Assembly (NCBI RefSeq): GCF_021869535.1
Contig: NW_026262581.1
Span: 137,826,001 to 137,890,000 of the forward strand
Direction: 5' to 3'
Source of the DNA: Mytilus californianus
Taxonomy: Eukaryota
Length of the DNA: 64,000 bases
The translations under genes were made by a program, and so were the position numbers. This document shows, one piece after another, positions 37,440 through 50,300 of this stretch. Every line of letters starts with the position of its first letter. The first letter of the stretch is position 1. The notes under the pieces are model-generated. The model saw only the letters and a list, made by a program, of their open reading frames with translations. It was not told the DNA's origin and did no database searches.

Positions 37440-39325
37440 CAAATAATCAAAGCTGGTATATAGACAAGATCCATGTTAACATTAAATAACAAAAAAGCAT
37501 TACAAATAGTATCAACAGGTCAAATTAAAAAGAAAGTACGATTTGAGGGTACTCGCAGTTACTGACAGCTAGTTCAAAGCCAAAACAATTAATAATAAAA
37601 AATCATGCATCAGAGACTAAAATCAACTAAAATACATCCCAGGGATTTAGTATTTTAACGTCATGAACAGTCAAAGAAGACATGACTTGTGCAATGCCAA
37701 AAATAAATGTATCGACAGGTAGTATGATAGTTAGGAGTGACTTCTTTATAGATAAAAATGAACGTGTGTGTGTCTCTATACATCCCGTTTGAAAAGAAAA
37801 TACATATTTAGTTATGATTTTATTTGCTATTGACAAAATCGATATTAGTGCCAATGTAAACTATATTCAGAGATCTAATTACAACATTGGTACGATAACC
37901 CTTACTAATAAGTTTGTTTAAAGGTTCGATGAGTTTACACGGATCACATAATGATTTCCGCGCTTTAAGTACAATATTACCATAAAATTTAGGATGTGAA
38001 ATACCATTTTTAATAAGTTTTCTACAGTTACAGCCAAATTTACTAATCAAATCTTTGTATCTATGAAAGAATTTAGTAAAAGTTTTAAGTAATTTATGGT
38101 AACGAAATCCCTGACTTAATAATTTACCAGTGATGCATTGATTACGTTCGTTAAAATCTATGACATCACTACACACACGGGCATACCGAACGAGTTGGGA
38201 TATATAAACACCGTATGATGGAGCCAAAGGCACATCGCCGTCAATAAGGAAAATTAACAATAGGGAATGAAAAATCGTCTCTTTTGTCGTAAATTTTAGT
38301 ATGGAGTTTCCCTTTAGAAATTGAAATGTCTAAATCTAGAAAAGGACAACTGCTGCTGTTTATGTTAGATTTAGTTAAATTAAGTTCTTTTGGGTAAATT
38401 TCGGTAGTATATTTAGAGAACTCTGGATTATTTAACGAAAAAATATCATCCAGATAACGGTAGGTATTGTTGAATGTATCAACCAAATGTAACAATGATG
38501 TGTCTCTACTGAGTTTGGTCATAAACTGAGATTCATAGCAATACAGGAATAAATCTGCTATTAAAGGGGCGCAGTTAGTGCCCATATGAATACCTACTAC
38601 CTGACGATACACTTTATCGCCGAAACGTACATATATGTTATCTAGGAGAAAATTTAAAGCTTCAATCATATCTTCACATTTCCAGTAAGTGTATCTAGCA
38701 TACTTTCCTTTTTCGTCACAGAAAAAGGCTTTAAACGAGTTACAGCAAATAAATTTACAATGAGATTTTTCGAAAGACCATTTTATTAAATATGAAAATG
38801 TTTTCTTTATTAGATTGTGTGGAAGTGTAGTGTAGAGAGTAGAAAAATCTGTCAACAGAACCAAAAGGACCATCAAAAGCATGTATTTTATCTAAAACCT
38901 CTAAAGAATTTTTAACACCCCAAAAATAATTAATACCATTATTTTCATAAGCTTTATTACAAAAGTTAATAACCAGTTCTTTGATAGTAGTAAGGGAGGT
39001 AGTAAGAAGCACTGATATATTAGTTGTAGAACACTTACTAGATGCGGAGATGAAACGGAATTTAAATGGTTTTTTGTGTAATTTCGGTAACCAGTACATG
39101 GTAGGGCCTTTCAAATGTTCGGAAGAGGCTTTAAGCTGGGTAGTGGCAGTGATATACTTGTTAACGATTTGACTCTCAGTGGTGCGTACGGACCTGAATG
39201 TAGAGGAATTGATAATCTCGTTTTGAAGAACTTCCGTGTAGTATATGCGTCATACTACCACTACATTATTGGCTGCCTTGTCTGCCGGTACGAACACAAA
39301 CCGCTCTGCGAGTACTTGGGAGTTT
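37440..39325 (-). mobile_element. 5'-truncated Naiad-type Penelope-like retroelement with a candidate selenocysteine codon and SECIS; frameshifted copy
   Basis: FVFVPADKAANNVVVV*RIYY (TGA 39250-39252, in frame), [85 protein letters not shown]; frameshifts near 38853 and 38243; stop at 37820-37822. The 3' boundary is approximate. Confidence 0.88.
37615..37672 (-). promoter_or_regulatory. SECIS element (form 2) in the 3' UTR of the Naiad-type element
   Basis: GACUG-UUC-A-UGAC-GUUAAAAUAC-U-AAA-UCC-CUG-GGA-U-GUAUUUUAGU-UGAU-UU-UAGUC: pattern AUGA-N12-AA-N22-GA, 10-bp helix II, apical mini-stem, helix I GACUG/UAGUC; about 150 nt after the ORF stop. Confidence 0.82.
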
Positions 39326-39772
39326 ATTTTTTATTCTAGAAATGGGGATATCATGGACCCTATTATTAATTTCAGAATTGTTTTCAAAATGAGATATTCG
39401 AATATTAACAGTATTCATAATTTTATTCAAATAACTGTCTAGAGATTTTTTATCAGATTTTCACGTTTGTATATTCATAATTGCAGATTTATCCTCCCAT
39501 AACATTAACCAAATAAATTTATTCTAAAAATATAATTCTTTTCCTTATTTATCAAAATATTATCTCGCTAGATACAATTAAACCTTTGCTTTTAATCAAA
39601 AATTGGAGCTCATCATCTGATCATCTCTACGTCGGTTTTGCATATCTTTTGGTTTTTTTTCAAATATCTATCTATTTTAATTTCATGTGGGTGGTCACTG
39701 ATTCTTAATTTTGTTAGTGACTTCCCATGTTCTCTATTACCGATGAGGAGAAAGGGTTCAAATGCGAAGTTA

Positions 39773-41581
39773 TTTTTAGCTCACCTGGCCCAAAGGGCCA
39801 AGTGAGCTTTTCTCATCACTTGGCGTCCGTCGTCCGTCGTCGTCGTCGTCCGTCGTCGTTAACTTTTACAAAAATCTTCTCCTCTGAAACTTCTTGGCCA
39901 AATTTAACCAAACTTGGCCACAATCATCATTGGGGTATCTAGTTTAAAAAATGTGTCCGGTGATCCGGCCAACCAACCAAGATGGCCGCCATGGCTAAAA
40001 ATAGAACATAGGGGTAAAATGTAGATTTTGGCTTATATCTCTGAAACCAAAGCATTTAGAGCAAATCTAACAGGGATAAAATTGTTTATCAGGTCAAGAT
40101 CTATCTGCCCTGAAATTTTCAGATGAATCAGACAACCCGTTGTTGGGTTGCTGCCCCTGAATTGGTAATTTTAAGGAAATTTTGCTGTTTTTGGTTATTA
40201 TCTTGAATATTATTATAGATAGAGATAAACTGTAAACAGCAATAATGTTCAACAAAGTAAGATCTACAAATAAGTCAACATGACCAAAATGGTCAGTTGA
40301 TCTCTTTAGGAGTTATTGCCCTTTATAGTCAATTTTTAACCATTTTTCGTAAATTTTTGTAATCTTTTACAAAAATCTTCTCCTCTGAAACTACTAAGAC
40401 AAATTTAACCAAACTTGTCCACAATCATTATTAGGGTATCTAGTTTAAAAAATGTGTCGGATGACCCCGCCCGCGAACCAAGATGGCCGACATGGCTAAA
40501 AAATAGTACATAGAGTAAAATGCAGTTTTTGGCTCATATCTCTAAAACCAAAGCATTTAGAGCAAATCTGATGAGGATAAAATTGTTCATTAGGTCAAGA
40601 TCTATCTGCCCTGAAATTTTCAGACCAATTAGGCAACACGTTGTTGGGTTGCTGCCCCTGAATTGGTAATTTTAAGAAAATTTTGCAGCTTTCGGTTATT
40701 ATCTTGAATATTATTATAGATAGAGATAAACTGTAAACAGCAATAATGTTCAGCAAAGTAAGATCTACAAATAACTCTACATGACCAAAATAGTCAGTTG
40801 ACCTCTTTAGGAGTTATTGCCCTTTATAGTCAATTTTTAACCATTTTTCGTAAATTTTTGTAATCTTTTACAAAAATCTTCTCCTCTGAAACTACTAAGA
40901 CAAATTTAACCAAACTTGTCCACAATCATTATTAGGGTATCTAGTTTAAAAAATGTGTCGGATGACCCCGCCCGCGAACCAAGATGGCCGACATGGCTAA
41001 AAAATAGTACATAGAGTAAAATGCAGTTTTTGGCTCATATCTCTGAAACCAAAGCATTTAGAGCAAATCTGATGAGGATAAAATTGTTCATTAGGTCAAG
41101 ATCTATCTGCCCTGAAATTTTCAGACCAATTAGGCAACACGTTGTTGGGTTGCTGCCCCTGAATTGGTAATTTTAAGAAAATTTTGCAGCTTTTGGTTAT
41201 TATCTTGAATATTATTATAGATAGAGATAAACTGTAAACAGCAATAATGTACAGCAAAGTAAGATCTACAAATAAGTCAACATGACCAAAATTGTCAATT
41301 GACCCCTTAAGGAGTTATTGCCCTTTATAGTCAATTTTTTACAATTTTCATAAATTTTGTAAATTTTTGTAAATTTTTACAAAATATTTTCCACTGTAAC
41401 TACTGGGCCAAGTTCATTATAGATAGAGATAATTGTAAGCAGCAAGAATGTTCAGTAAAGTAAGATCTACAAACACATCACCATCACCAAAACACAATTT
41501 TGTCATGAATCCATCTGTGTCCTTTGTTTAATATGCACATAGACCAAGGTGAGCGACACAGGCTCTTTAGAGCCTCTAGTT
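39773..41581 (+). mobile_element. Helentron-associated non-autonomous element (HINE-like) with three 501-bp internal tandem units
   Basis: 5' TTTTAGCTCACCTGGCCCAAAGGGCCAAGTGAGC hairpin, (GTC/GTCC)n microsatellite, units starting 39869, 40370 and 40871, 3' AGGTGAGC subTIR and hairpin AGGCTC-TTTA-GAGCCT, TT flank. Confidence 0.88.
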
Positions 41582-42649
41582 AAATGTTCTATTTGTTTCA
41601 AGAGTTCAAAGATTTTCCATAAGTTAACAAAAGAACGTATATTAATGTTTACTTAATGAATTATATGATTGATCTTAAACTTTTCGAAATTTTTAAATAG
41701 AAATTCCAAGCTTTCAGACTTAAATATTTAATTTACACATCCAACCCATGAGTGTTTGTTTTTTTTATGTCATCGTATTAGACATACCAAATGCTTCAAA
41801 TAGCATAGAGTTGTTACTGTCAACAGTTTTAACTATATGACATCAATCATTATTTGACTAATTTTTTTTATTGAAACAGAGGTAGACTGATAGAAGGCTA
41901 ATACAACTTAATTCTCAGTCCTCTACATCAGGGACAGTCTAGTTAGTATAGACTGTCCCTGTCTACACCCATCATTTGAGGATTTAAAATTTGTACACCT
42001 TATACAAGTTTATAAAATCATATGTGAAGTTTTTCAAACACAAGCGAATTAATCTATTTAGTCAGTGATGATTTTTCAGTCTACACTGATTCATGCATCA
42101 TTGATTTACAAATTGACTCAGTTTGGGGAGATAGCCCCATATTTCAGAGCAATATAATGTAATTGGTTTTATTGTGTGGTTAAACATATGTAATATTATT
42201 TCATAGGTATGTCACGCAAAATATTAATACCAAACGAACTGATAAAGTATAAAAGTGATGTCCATGTATAAACCGTTTTACGTATAATACTCATGGCATA
42301 ACCGGTAGCACTTCAGATTTTTTTTTTAATTTGTCTTTGGTATTTCCGGCAAATTTGATTGGTCAATGCTTACTTTCTCCTGTGGCTGTGCGCTAATTTT
42401 GAAATGTAAACAAGGACAGATTGTCTTTCATAATCGTCAGCCATTGGAAAGTTGCCTTCTCGATATTATTCAGCTGTTGCAGACGATTCTCTTAAGCATA
42501 ACAAAATTTTATAGACGTACAGTAACTATCTGGATAACACAGGTTCGGAAATCGCTCGATTGGGCTAACTTAGTAACTAACTTAAATATCTAGATCTCCC
42601 TTTTATGTTTTTTTTTTTCAAAACAAATTATTAAAGTCTCAGCTGTAAT

Positions 42650-43435
42650 CTTCTTCTTCTTTCGTTAATCAGCAACGGAAAAATACCATCACGCTGATGC
42701 TGTGTCATCAAGTGCAGGTGCTGTACAAGTTGTGATCATCAAAACCGAAAAAATAAATAAATATATACAAGTTTAAAATTGTGGTCGGTGCAGGGTAAAA
42801 ACAAGGATGATCTTTACAGCATCACTGTGTCTCTGGTCTCAGGATGGAAGTGTGACCAGAGGTTTTCCTTGAAAGTATCCGAGTCGGTGTCAGATGTTTC
42901 CTGTCCTGGTAGATGGTTCCAGTCTCGGATTGTTCTCATGTAGAAGCTGAATTCGTATTCGGCGGTGTTGCATTGTGGCTGCATGATGCTGACTGTGTGG
43001 CTATGACGTGTTTTACTGTTGTTGACGAGGTAGTATTTGGGAATTTTGGTGGCTACTTGGTGGTACAGTATTTTCTGAAATAATATTAAGCGATTTGCTG
43101 TTCTTCTCGTTTCAAGGGTAGGCCAGTTCAAAGATTGTATAATTGCGGTCATAGAGCCAGGTTGGTAGTTGTAGTTCTTGGTTACAAATCTTGCCGCCCT
43201 GTGTTGTACCATTTCTATACATTTGATGTCCTTCTTTCAATAGGGGGCCCATATTGAGCTACTGTATTCCAGATGTGGTCTTACCAGAGCAATGTAAGCG
43301 TGTTGTTTAATTTCTTGAGGGCATCTATATAAATTTCTTCTTACAAAATTCAGTTGTTGTGAAGCTTTGTTAATTTTTGAGGTAATGTGATGGTTCCATT
43401 TGAGCTTGCTGTCTAGCTCCACCCCTAGGTATGAG
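42650..43435 (-). mobile_element. 5'-truncated CR1/L2-like non-LTR retrotransposon 3' end
   Basis: YLGVELDSKLKWNHHI...[38 protein letters not shown]...LNWPTLETRR...FSFYMRTIRDWNHLP; (GAA)n tail near 42650-42662; one in-frame stop. Confidence 0.85.
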
Positions 43436-43794
43436 TTAATATTATGTTTAAAATAGAAGTGCAGTCTTAATCTTTACACACATAATAAAGAAACATAGCT
43501 GATTATTTCCTTGCTCACAATTTTTTGTAAGAATTATTTTTTCATGGTAAAAGTTAATCCCTTTACTTTACAAAAAAACATGCTTTAGGGTCGGTCTTTT
43601 CACCACCGAACACTGCCGAACACCACCAAACACCCAAAAAACCCACGTACAAATGTACCCTTAAGAAAAACAGTAATGTCGCACAAAAAACAATAAAATC
43701 GATTAAATTACGTAAAATTTAACCCTTTTCTTGTGTTTTTCACATTTTTATGTGCAATTGTGATTTTAAAGTTTGAGAATCAAAATTAAAAAAA

Positions 43795-43830
43795 AAAACG
43801 CTTCCGGATCCAGCAATATTTTTTCCGGAT
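43795..43830 (+). promoter_or_regulatory. Possible PARPBP core promoter (two ETS-like CCGGA motifs)
   Basis: CTTCCGG at 43801 and TTTCCGG at 43822 in otherwise AT-rich DNA, about 300 bp before the proposed start codon. Position-based inference only. Confidence 0.25.
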
Positions 43831-44114
43831 TTACATTGTCTGTCTTCCATTGTATCATGTGTATATTATCTTATAGTCTTTTAAGTTTACTTTTCAATTA
43901 TTAGAAATAAATTGTTCAAATAAGTTAAAACATTTTATTTAATGTGAAATTATCACAATAATTCTATTTAAAAAAATGCAAGACATAAAATTGTACTGTT
44001 CTGACAACAGCCCTGCAAGTCTTCTTTTTGGTGCTCTTGTTATCATTTCTTATTAATTTGTGTATATAATATGTATAAACATATTCATCAACGTTCAGAA
44101 GCTAAGTCAAATAT

Positions 44115-44323
44115 ATGAATAAAGATGAAAACAATAATTTAAGTGTGGTAGATGGTATTTTAATGTATTTGGTGGTGTTCTATGATTTTTTTCATTTTGG
44201 CCACCATACATGTATGCCCAAAATGTGCACCAGAATTAAGTTATCTTGTTTGGTAACCTCCATTGACAGAATGGTTACATGGGTTACACATATGTACACT
44301 TCTCCTCTGCAATGGATTACTAT

Positions 44324-44359
<36 letters not shown>

Positions 44360-47300
44360 GTAAGTCTTTCTTTACTGCAATGTTAATCTGTTTTTCAAAA
44401 AAGTTTATCTGTTTTCTAATATCCCATTTCCTCCCACTACTGTTAATGCCACATTCACCTACTGCAAAAACCTTATTAGCATTCAACATCTATTTCAAAT
44501 CTGAAATCCAATTGTTTAGGGTTGAACAGTATGAAATTGTCGACTTAACCGTTTGTTTGTTGTCTGTTTTCAGGATGAGACAATTGCAAGCCCATATTTA
44601 TATTGTACCAGACTGATAGGGCAGAGCTGAATACAAATAGATGTACATAAAATTGACTTCTTCATCATTTGTTTGTTGTCTGTTTTCAGGATGAGGCAAC
44701 CTAATATTTATATTGTACCAGACTGTGATAGGACAGAGCTAACTACAGATAGTTATAATTCTATATTGAACTATGTAAGGGACGAGACATGTTCTAAAGG
44801 TAATAATCTAATCACTGATTTTGTCTGACATCTAATTTATAAAATGTTAAATTATAGGATATTCCCGGATAAAATTCAAAATAGCATAGTCATGACATGC
44901 ATGAATCATAATTATTTAACTATGGTTATTGAGAAAAAAGCATAAAAAATCCGAATATTTGCTGGGATAAACTTCATGAAGATGATTCTGGATTTTTCAC
45001 ATAAAATGTCGGGATAGACATGATCATGATGATAGAAAGGTACAAAAAAAAAATGTATGTATGTACATGTATATTAAATCATTAAAAAAAATATTTGTAA
45101 CATATGTAAAATAAGGAGATGTGGTATGATTGCAAATGAGACAACAATCCACCAGAAAAAAAAGAAGTGGATGCAACTTAAGGTTACCGTTATTATAATC
45201 CTCACTGATCAGCCACACTCACACAGTATACATTTGTAGTAAGATATAAAAGGAACTGACATACATGCCAAAATGTAAACCATTCAAACAAGAAAAACCA
45301 AAGGCCTATGGTTTATGATAAACATCATGAAACAATAAACTACAAAAACAAATATGACAGACATCAACCAGCTCACTGTATTACAGGCTCCTGACATAGA
45401 ACAGGCTCTTACAAAAGTTTACGGACTGTATAAACAACATCATGGTAAAAATTATGAAGTGATATTCTGTTATGATTTCTACGGTTATTTTCAAACCAAA
45501 TCTTTGTATCTCTGAAAGGATTTAGTATAAGTTTTAAAAAATAAGGAGATGAGGTATGATTGCCAATGAGACAACTATCCACCAAAGTTCAAATAAAGTG
45601 GATGTAAGCAATTAAAGGCAATTTGTGGAAACAAAATTCCTGAAAGTTTTTTTTAAATATTTCATTTACTTATACAAATCCTTTTTGTAACAAAGCATAT
45701 TGTATCAATTGTTGTACACCAATGGCTTTTCCTGCATTCAGAATGCATGTACACCTTTTAGCATTTTATGCCCTATGCGAATGAAAAGTTTCAGGGATAG
45801 CCCTTATTTTAATACAGTATTATCTGTATTAGTATTCTGTGTTATCATACATGTATCAACAGTATCTGATACTAATATTCTGTGTTATCATACATGTATC
45901 AACAGTATCTGATACTAATATTCTGTGTTATCATACATGTATCAACAGTATCTGATACTAATATTCTGTGTTATCATACATGTATCAACAATATCTGATA
46001 CTAATATTCTGTGTTATCATACATGTATCAACAGTATCTGATACTAATATTCTGTGTTATCATACATGTATCAACAGTATCTGATACTAATATTCTGTGT
46101 TATCATACATGTATCAACAGTATCTCATACTAATATTCTGTGTTATCATACATGACATGTATCAACAGTATCTGATACTAATATTCTGTGTTATCATACA
46201 TGTATCAACAGTATCTGATACTAATATTCTGTGTTATCATACATGTATCAACAGTATCTGATACTAATATTCTGTGTTATCATACATGTATCAACAGTAT
46301 CTGATACTAATATTCTGTGTTATCATACATGTATCAACAGTATCTGATACTAATATTCTGTGTTATCATACATGTATCAACAGTATCTGATACTAATATT
46401 CTGTGTTATCATACATGTATCAACAGTATCTCATACTAATATTCTGTGTTATCATACATGACATGTATCAACAGTATCTGATACTAATATTCTGTGTTAT
46501 CATACATGTATCAACAGTATCTCATACTAATATTCTGTGTTATCATACATGTATCAACAGTATCTGATACTAATATTCTGTGTTATCATACATGTATCAA
46601 CAGTATCTCAGACTAATATTCTGTGTTATCATACATGTATCAACAGTATCTCATACTAAGAGTAGAGAATGGAAATGGGGAATGTGTCAGAGACAACAAC
46701 TTGACCAAAGAGCACAAAACTGTCCAAGGCTCTTCAACTGAGTTTGTTTTTTATTCTGTCTGATCAGATAGAAACTTTTACCATATATAAAAATAAGAAG
46801 ATGTGGTACCATTGCCAATGAGACAACTCTCCACAGGAGACCAAAAGACAGAGAAATTTTCAACTAAAGGTCATCATATGGCCTTCAACCATGCATGCAA
46901 ATGTTAAACAATTTATGTACTCTCTTTAGTTGAAAACCAAAAACCCCTACATTTAATATGAGAAAAAACATTTATTTTGCTAATAATTTTTAGGGAAATA
47001 GGTCCTAAAAGGGGACATTGCAGAGATTATTCAAAAATTTAATCTAGTGAAACTTCTCTAAACCGGTCCCTTTGAATACCGGTTCTCCCCCATACAGGCC
47101 AAATCAAGAAGTCTGGGCCAATTTGCATTCAATTAAATGGTCATGTAACCTTATAAAACCGGCCACCCGTTTAAACATGATACCGGTTGGTATTTTTGTA
47201 TTTAATCAAAATCAATAAAATTTAACCTCATAAAACCAGCCTTGTCATCTGAAATCACTAATCCGTACATATAATTTTTATGTAAACAAAAGATAATCCG

Positions 47301-50300
47301 GTCCATCAGGACACCTGCATGCTGACTGGTTACTGTTCACCTGTCAATTTTGTTTCAATACCCAATCTAATTGTTTTGACAGCTAAAATTTAATACACAT
47401 GCTATTCAAAAGTTGTAATTTATTTTTAAACAGTGTTGGATGAAAATTTTAGTAGAACATTTTGATAATTTATTAATGAAATAGCATTGAATTATGGTAT
47501 ATTTATTTATTATTCCTGCAAAAATAAAATAAGATGAAATAGAGGTTGTACATGTAGCTGTATTTTATGATACATATAATATACAAAAATAAAATTCTTA
47601 AAGGAAAACATATATTTTGATTAAGGTAAAGTACATTTTCAAATATACTTAAACACACATATTAAAGGGAAGTTACTCTTGGTGATTCAATTTTCAACTA
47701 ACCGGCCACCCCCGTAAACCAGCCGTTTTCAGTGGTCCGACATTAGGCCGGTTTTGAGGAGTTTCACTGTACTTAAACTGCACAATAATGAATTTTGTAT
47801 TATATCTATTAATGTACATGTCTAAGGTAAAATTTGAACCCTTTACAAGAAGTAAAATAAAACTTGACAAAATCACTGGATATATTTATTTGAATTGATT
47901 ACAGAACCTGTAATTATATGCTGTGATAAAATAAAAGATGAGCAACATTACACCTTACCAGAGTTTGTAATGACCATGTGTCGTAAACATGGGATCCTGA
48001 AGAATGATAGAGTAACACTATTGTCATCCATGGATCAGATGGTGGCTGTACAGCTTTGTTTGGCAGAGAAAAATAAACAGGTTTGTAAATCATTGAAGAT
48101 TATAATATGGTGTAACATTATAAAGTTTTTTATCAACATGATCAATATATCAGTAAAACTAAGAAACTGAGAATGCTTGTCATACTAAGAAATTTTTTTA
48201 TGCTTGATTTCATGCATTTTTTTATTTCGATAGCTTTTAATTTTTTTTAATAATATACAAAACACACACACTTTTCACCTTAAAATCTTCTTTTTTTTAT
48301 CAAAATTCATTACATTTTGAAGCATACATCAAGATTTAAAATATCTGATGTTTTTGGAAGTTTGACTACAGAAAAGACATATGTATGAAGTCATTCTGGT
48401 ATGTCAACTACTCACAGAATTTTCTATTTAACACAATATTTATCACAATAGAAATAAGTTTAAAAACTGTTGATAATTGGATATCGCTTACTTTTAACTT
48501 GTTATTTAAGTTAGATAGTAATAATAACCTCATCACATATTATATTGAAATTAAATAACTTGAATTGATGTCAAGCAATATCCAATTGCCACTACTTATG
48601 AAACCTATTAATATCTGGAATATATATGCATATAGTTCGGGTATAAGTAAATTAATTTTAAAACATTTTGACAATAAAATTTTCCATGTTTTAGTTTTTT
48701 GTTGAATTTTAAGAATCATTTTAAACATTGGGTAAGAGTAATCATTAGCACTTGCTCTAAAGGCTTGAGATTAATGTTTGTTAAAAATAACAGCGGAGGA
48801 GTTGCACAAAACAACAATTTACTAAACCACAAAGAATTATATAAATTTTTATTTCGGTTGGATTGATGGTGTTAAAGATATGTAAATATGTTTTCACATC
48901 TAAAAGATCCTGCTATTATTCATTTATTTATTTTTTATTAGCAAAAAAAGAAAAAAAAAAGGTTGACCTGTTTATTCCACTTTTTTGTCTCTCATTAAAA
49001 AAATAGGGCTTATTCCAAAAATAGTGTAAATATCAAAATATTTATCAAAAAACATACTGAAACATTCCTAGTGTATTGTTAAACCACTATTAAACAAAGG
49101 TCCAGAATTTTATTGGCAATCAAAATATTGACAATGTTGGAACATGAATATGATAAATTGTACCTTATTTTCAGGATATTGGCGACTATGATGTAGAATC
49201 CAGTACAGCAATACACCAGTGTAACAATCTGATCAAACAGAAATTATCAACATGTACACTAGATATAAAGTTAACACAGACAGTAGACGATTGGCTAGAA
49301 CAGGCCTATACACAGTTCATTAGCAACTGTAACCAAGTAGACATGTGTGATATATTACAACTGTTAGTGTCAGGGTTTGACAAGAATGAAAGAATGAAAA
49401 ATGATCTCCTGTCTACAGATTTTATTGTGCTGGGTCTTCCATCACATCAAATACAGGTACAGTTTAGTCTTGCCTGCATTAGATATGGCCGAATGTAAGA
49501 CATAGTGCTGCTTCTTCACCATCCTGGAGAGGGCACAAACTTTTTGTATAAAACTATATTTCAAAATATAGAAGCCTAAGATCCATTTACTTTTTATGTA
49601 TTATGTAAACAAATTTCTTATGTTTTGTTATTTCTGTTGACATAAATCATTTTCATGCTCACAGACTGCTTAAAAACAAACTGTACAATTGTTTATCAGG
49701 TGGTTCTTTTCTGAAAGTTATAATGGGTGTTAGGACAATTATATTTGGTAAATTATGTATATAGAAACATTGCAAGGCCTACATGTCAATCCGACAGATT
49801 TTATCCTACCTCATTTGTTAGATCAGTGACAAAAGTTAGGTTTTTTTGTAGTAACGTCTGTTTCTCAGATATTATAAGCAATATGACAACTCTGTTTGGT
49901 GTATTTTCAAATATACCACTATCATTGAATATGATTACACTTTTCTGAACTGTTAATAAGGTCATATTGTAAATAAAATGTTGCTACAGCATATTTTGTG
50001 TGTTTTACATTAAAGTATGCATTCATTCAGTCAAGTGGTCACTGTACAGCCTCAACAATGAGCAAAACATATGGACTGGTATTGTAAGCTATTTTAAATA
50101 TGACTGCATATGAAGTGTGAAGTGCTTTTATTTTGCATTCTTCGTCTCCTTTTGTAAATACATACATGTAGTATATTTACTCTATTTCAGAAATATATGC
50201 TGAAGTTTTTGTGCAATGGAAGAACTATAAATAAGATAACAATGGAGACATCTTTAGAAAATAACAGTAATATAAGAGTTTTGTCTGTGTCATCATCATT

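Noticed and set aside
43237-43239. In-frame TGA in the CR1/L2-like ORF (WAPY*KKDI) as another selenocysteine
   Set aside because: The position is not a conserved Cys as far as I recall, and no SECIS is visible downstream; an ordinary nonsense mutation.
33600-44100. A fourth PIPOX copy between paralog C and PARPBP
   Set aside because: No GAGIEG, GSSHG or GHGFK exon seen on either strand; the region is TE-filled, although the 138-N gap cannot be inspected.
44552-44752. Duplicated strong plus-strand acceptor TGTTTTCAG|GATGAG as cryptic PARPBP exons
   Set aside because: It would give an immediate stop in phase 1 (G|GA TGA), and it is more simply part of the duplicated antisense TatD relic; no clear donor partner.
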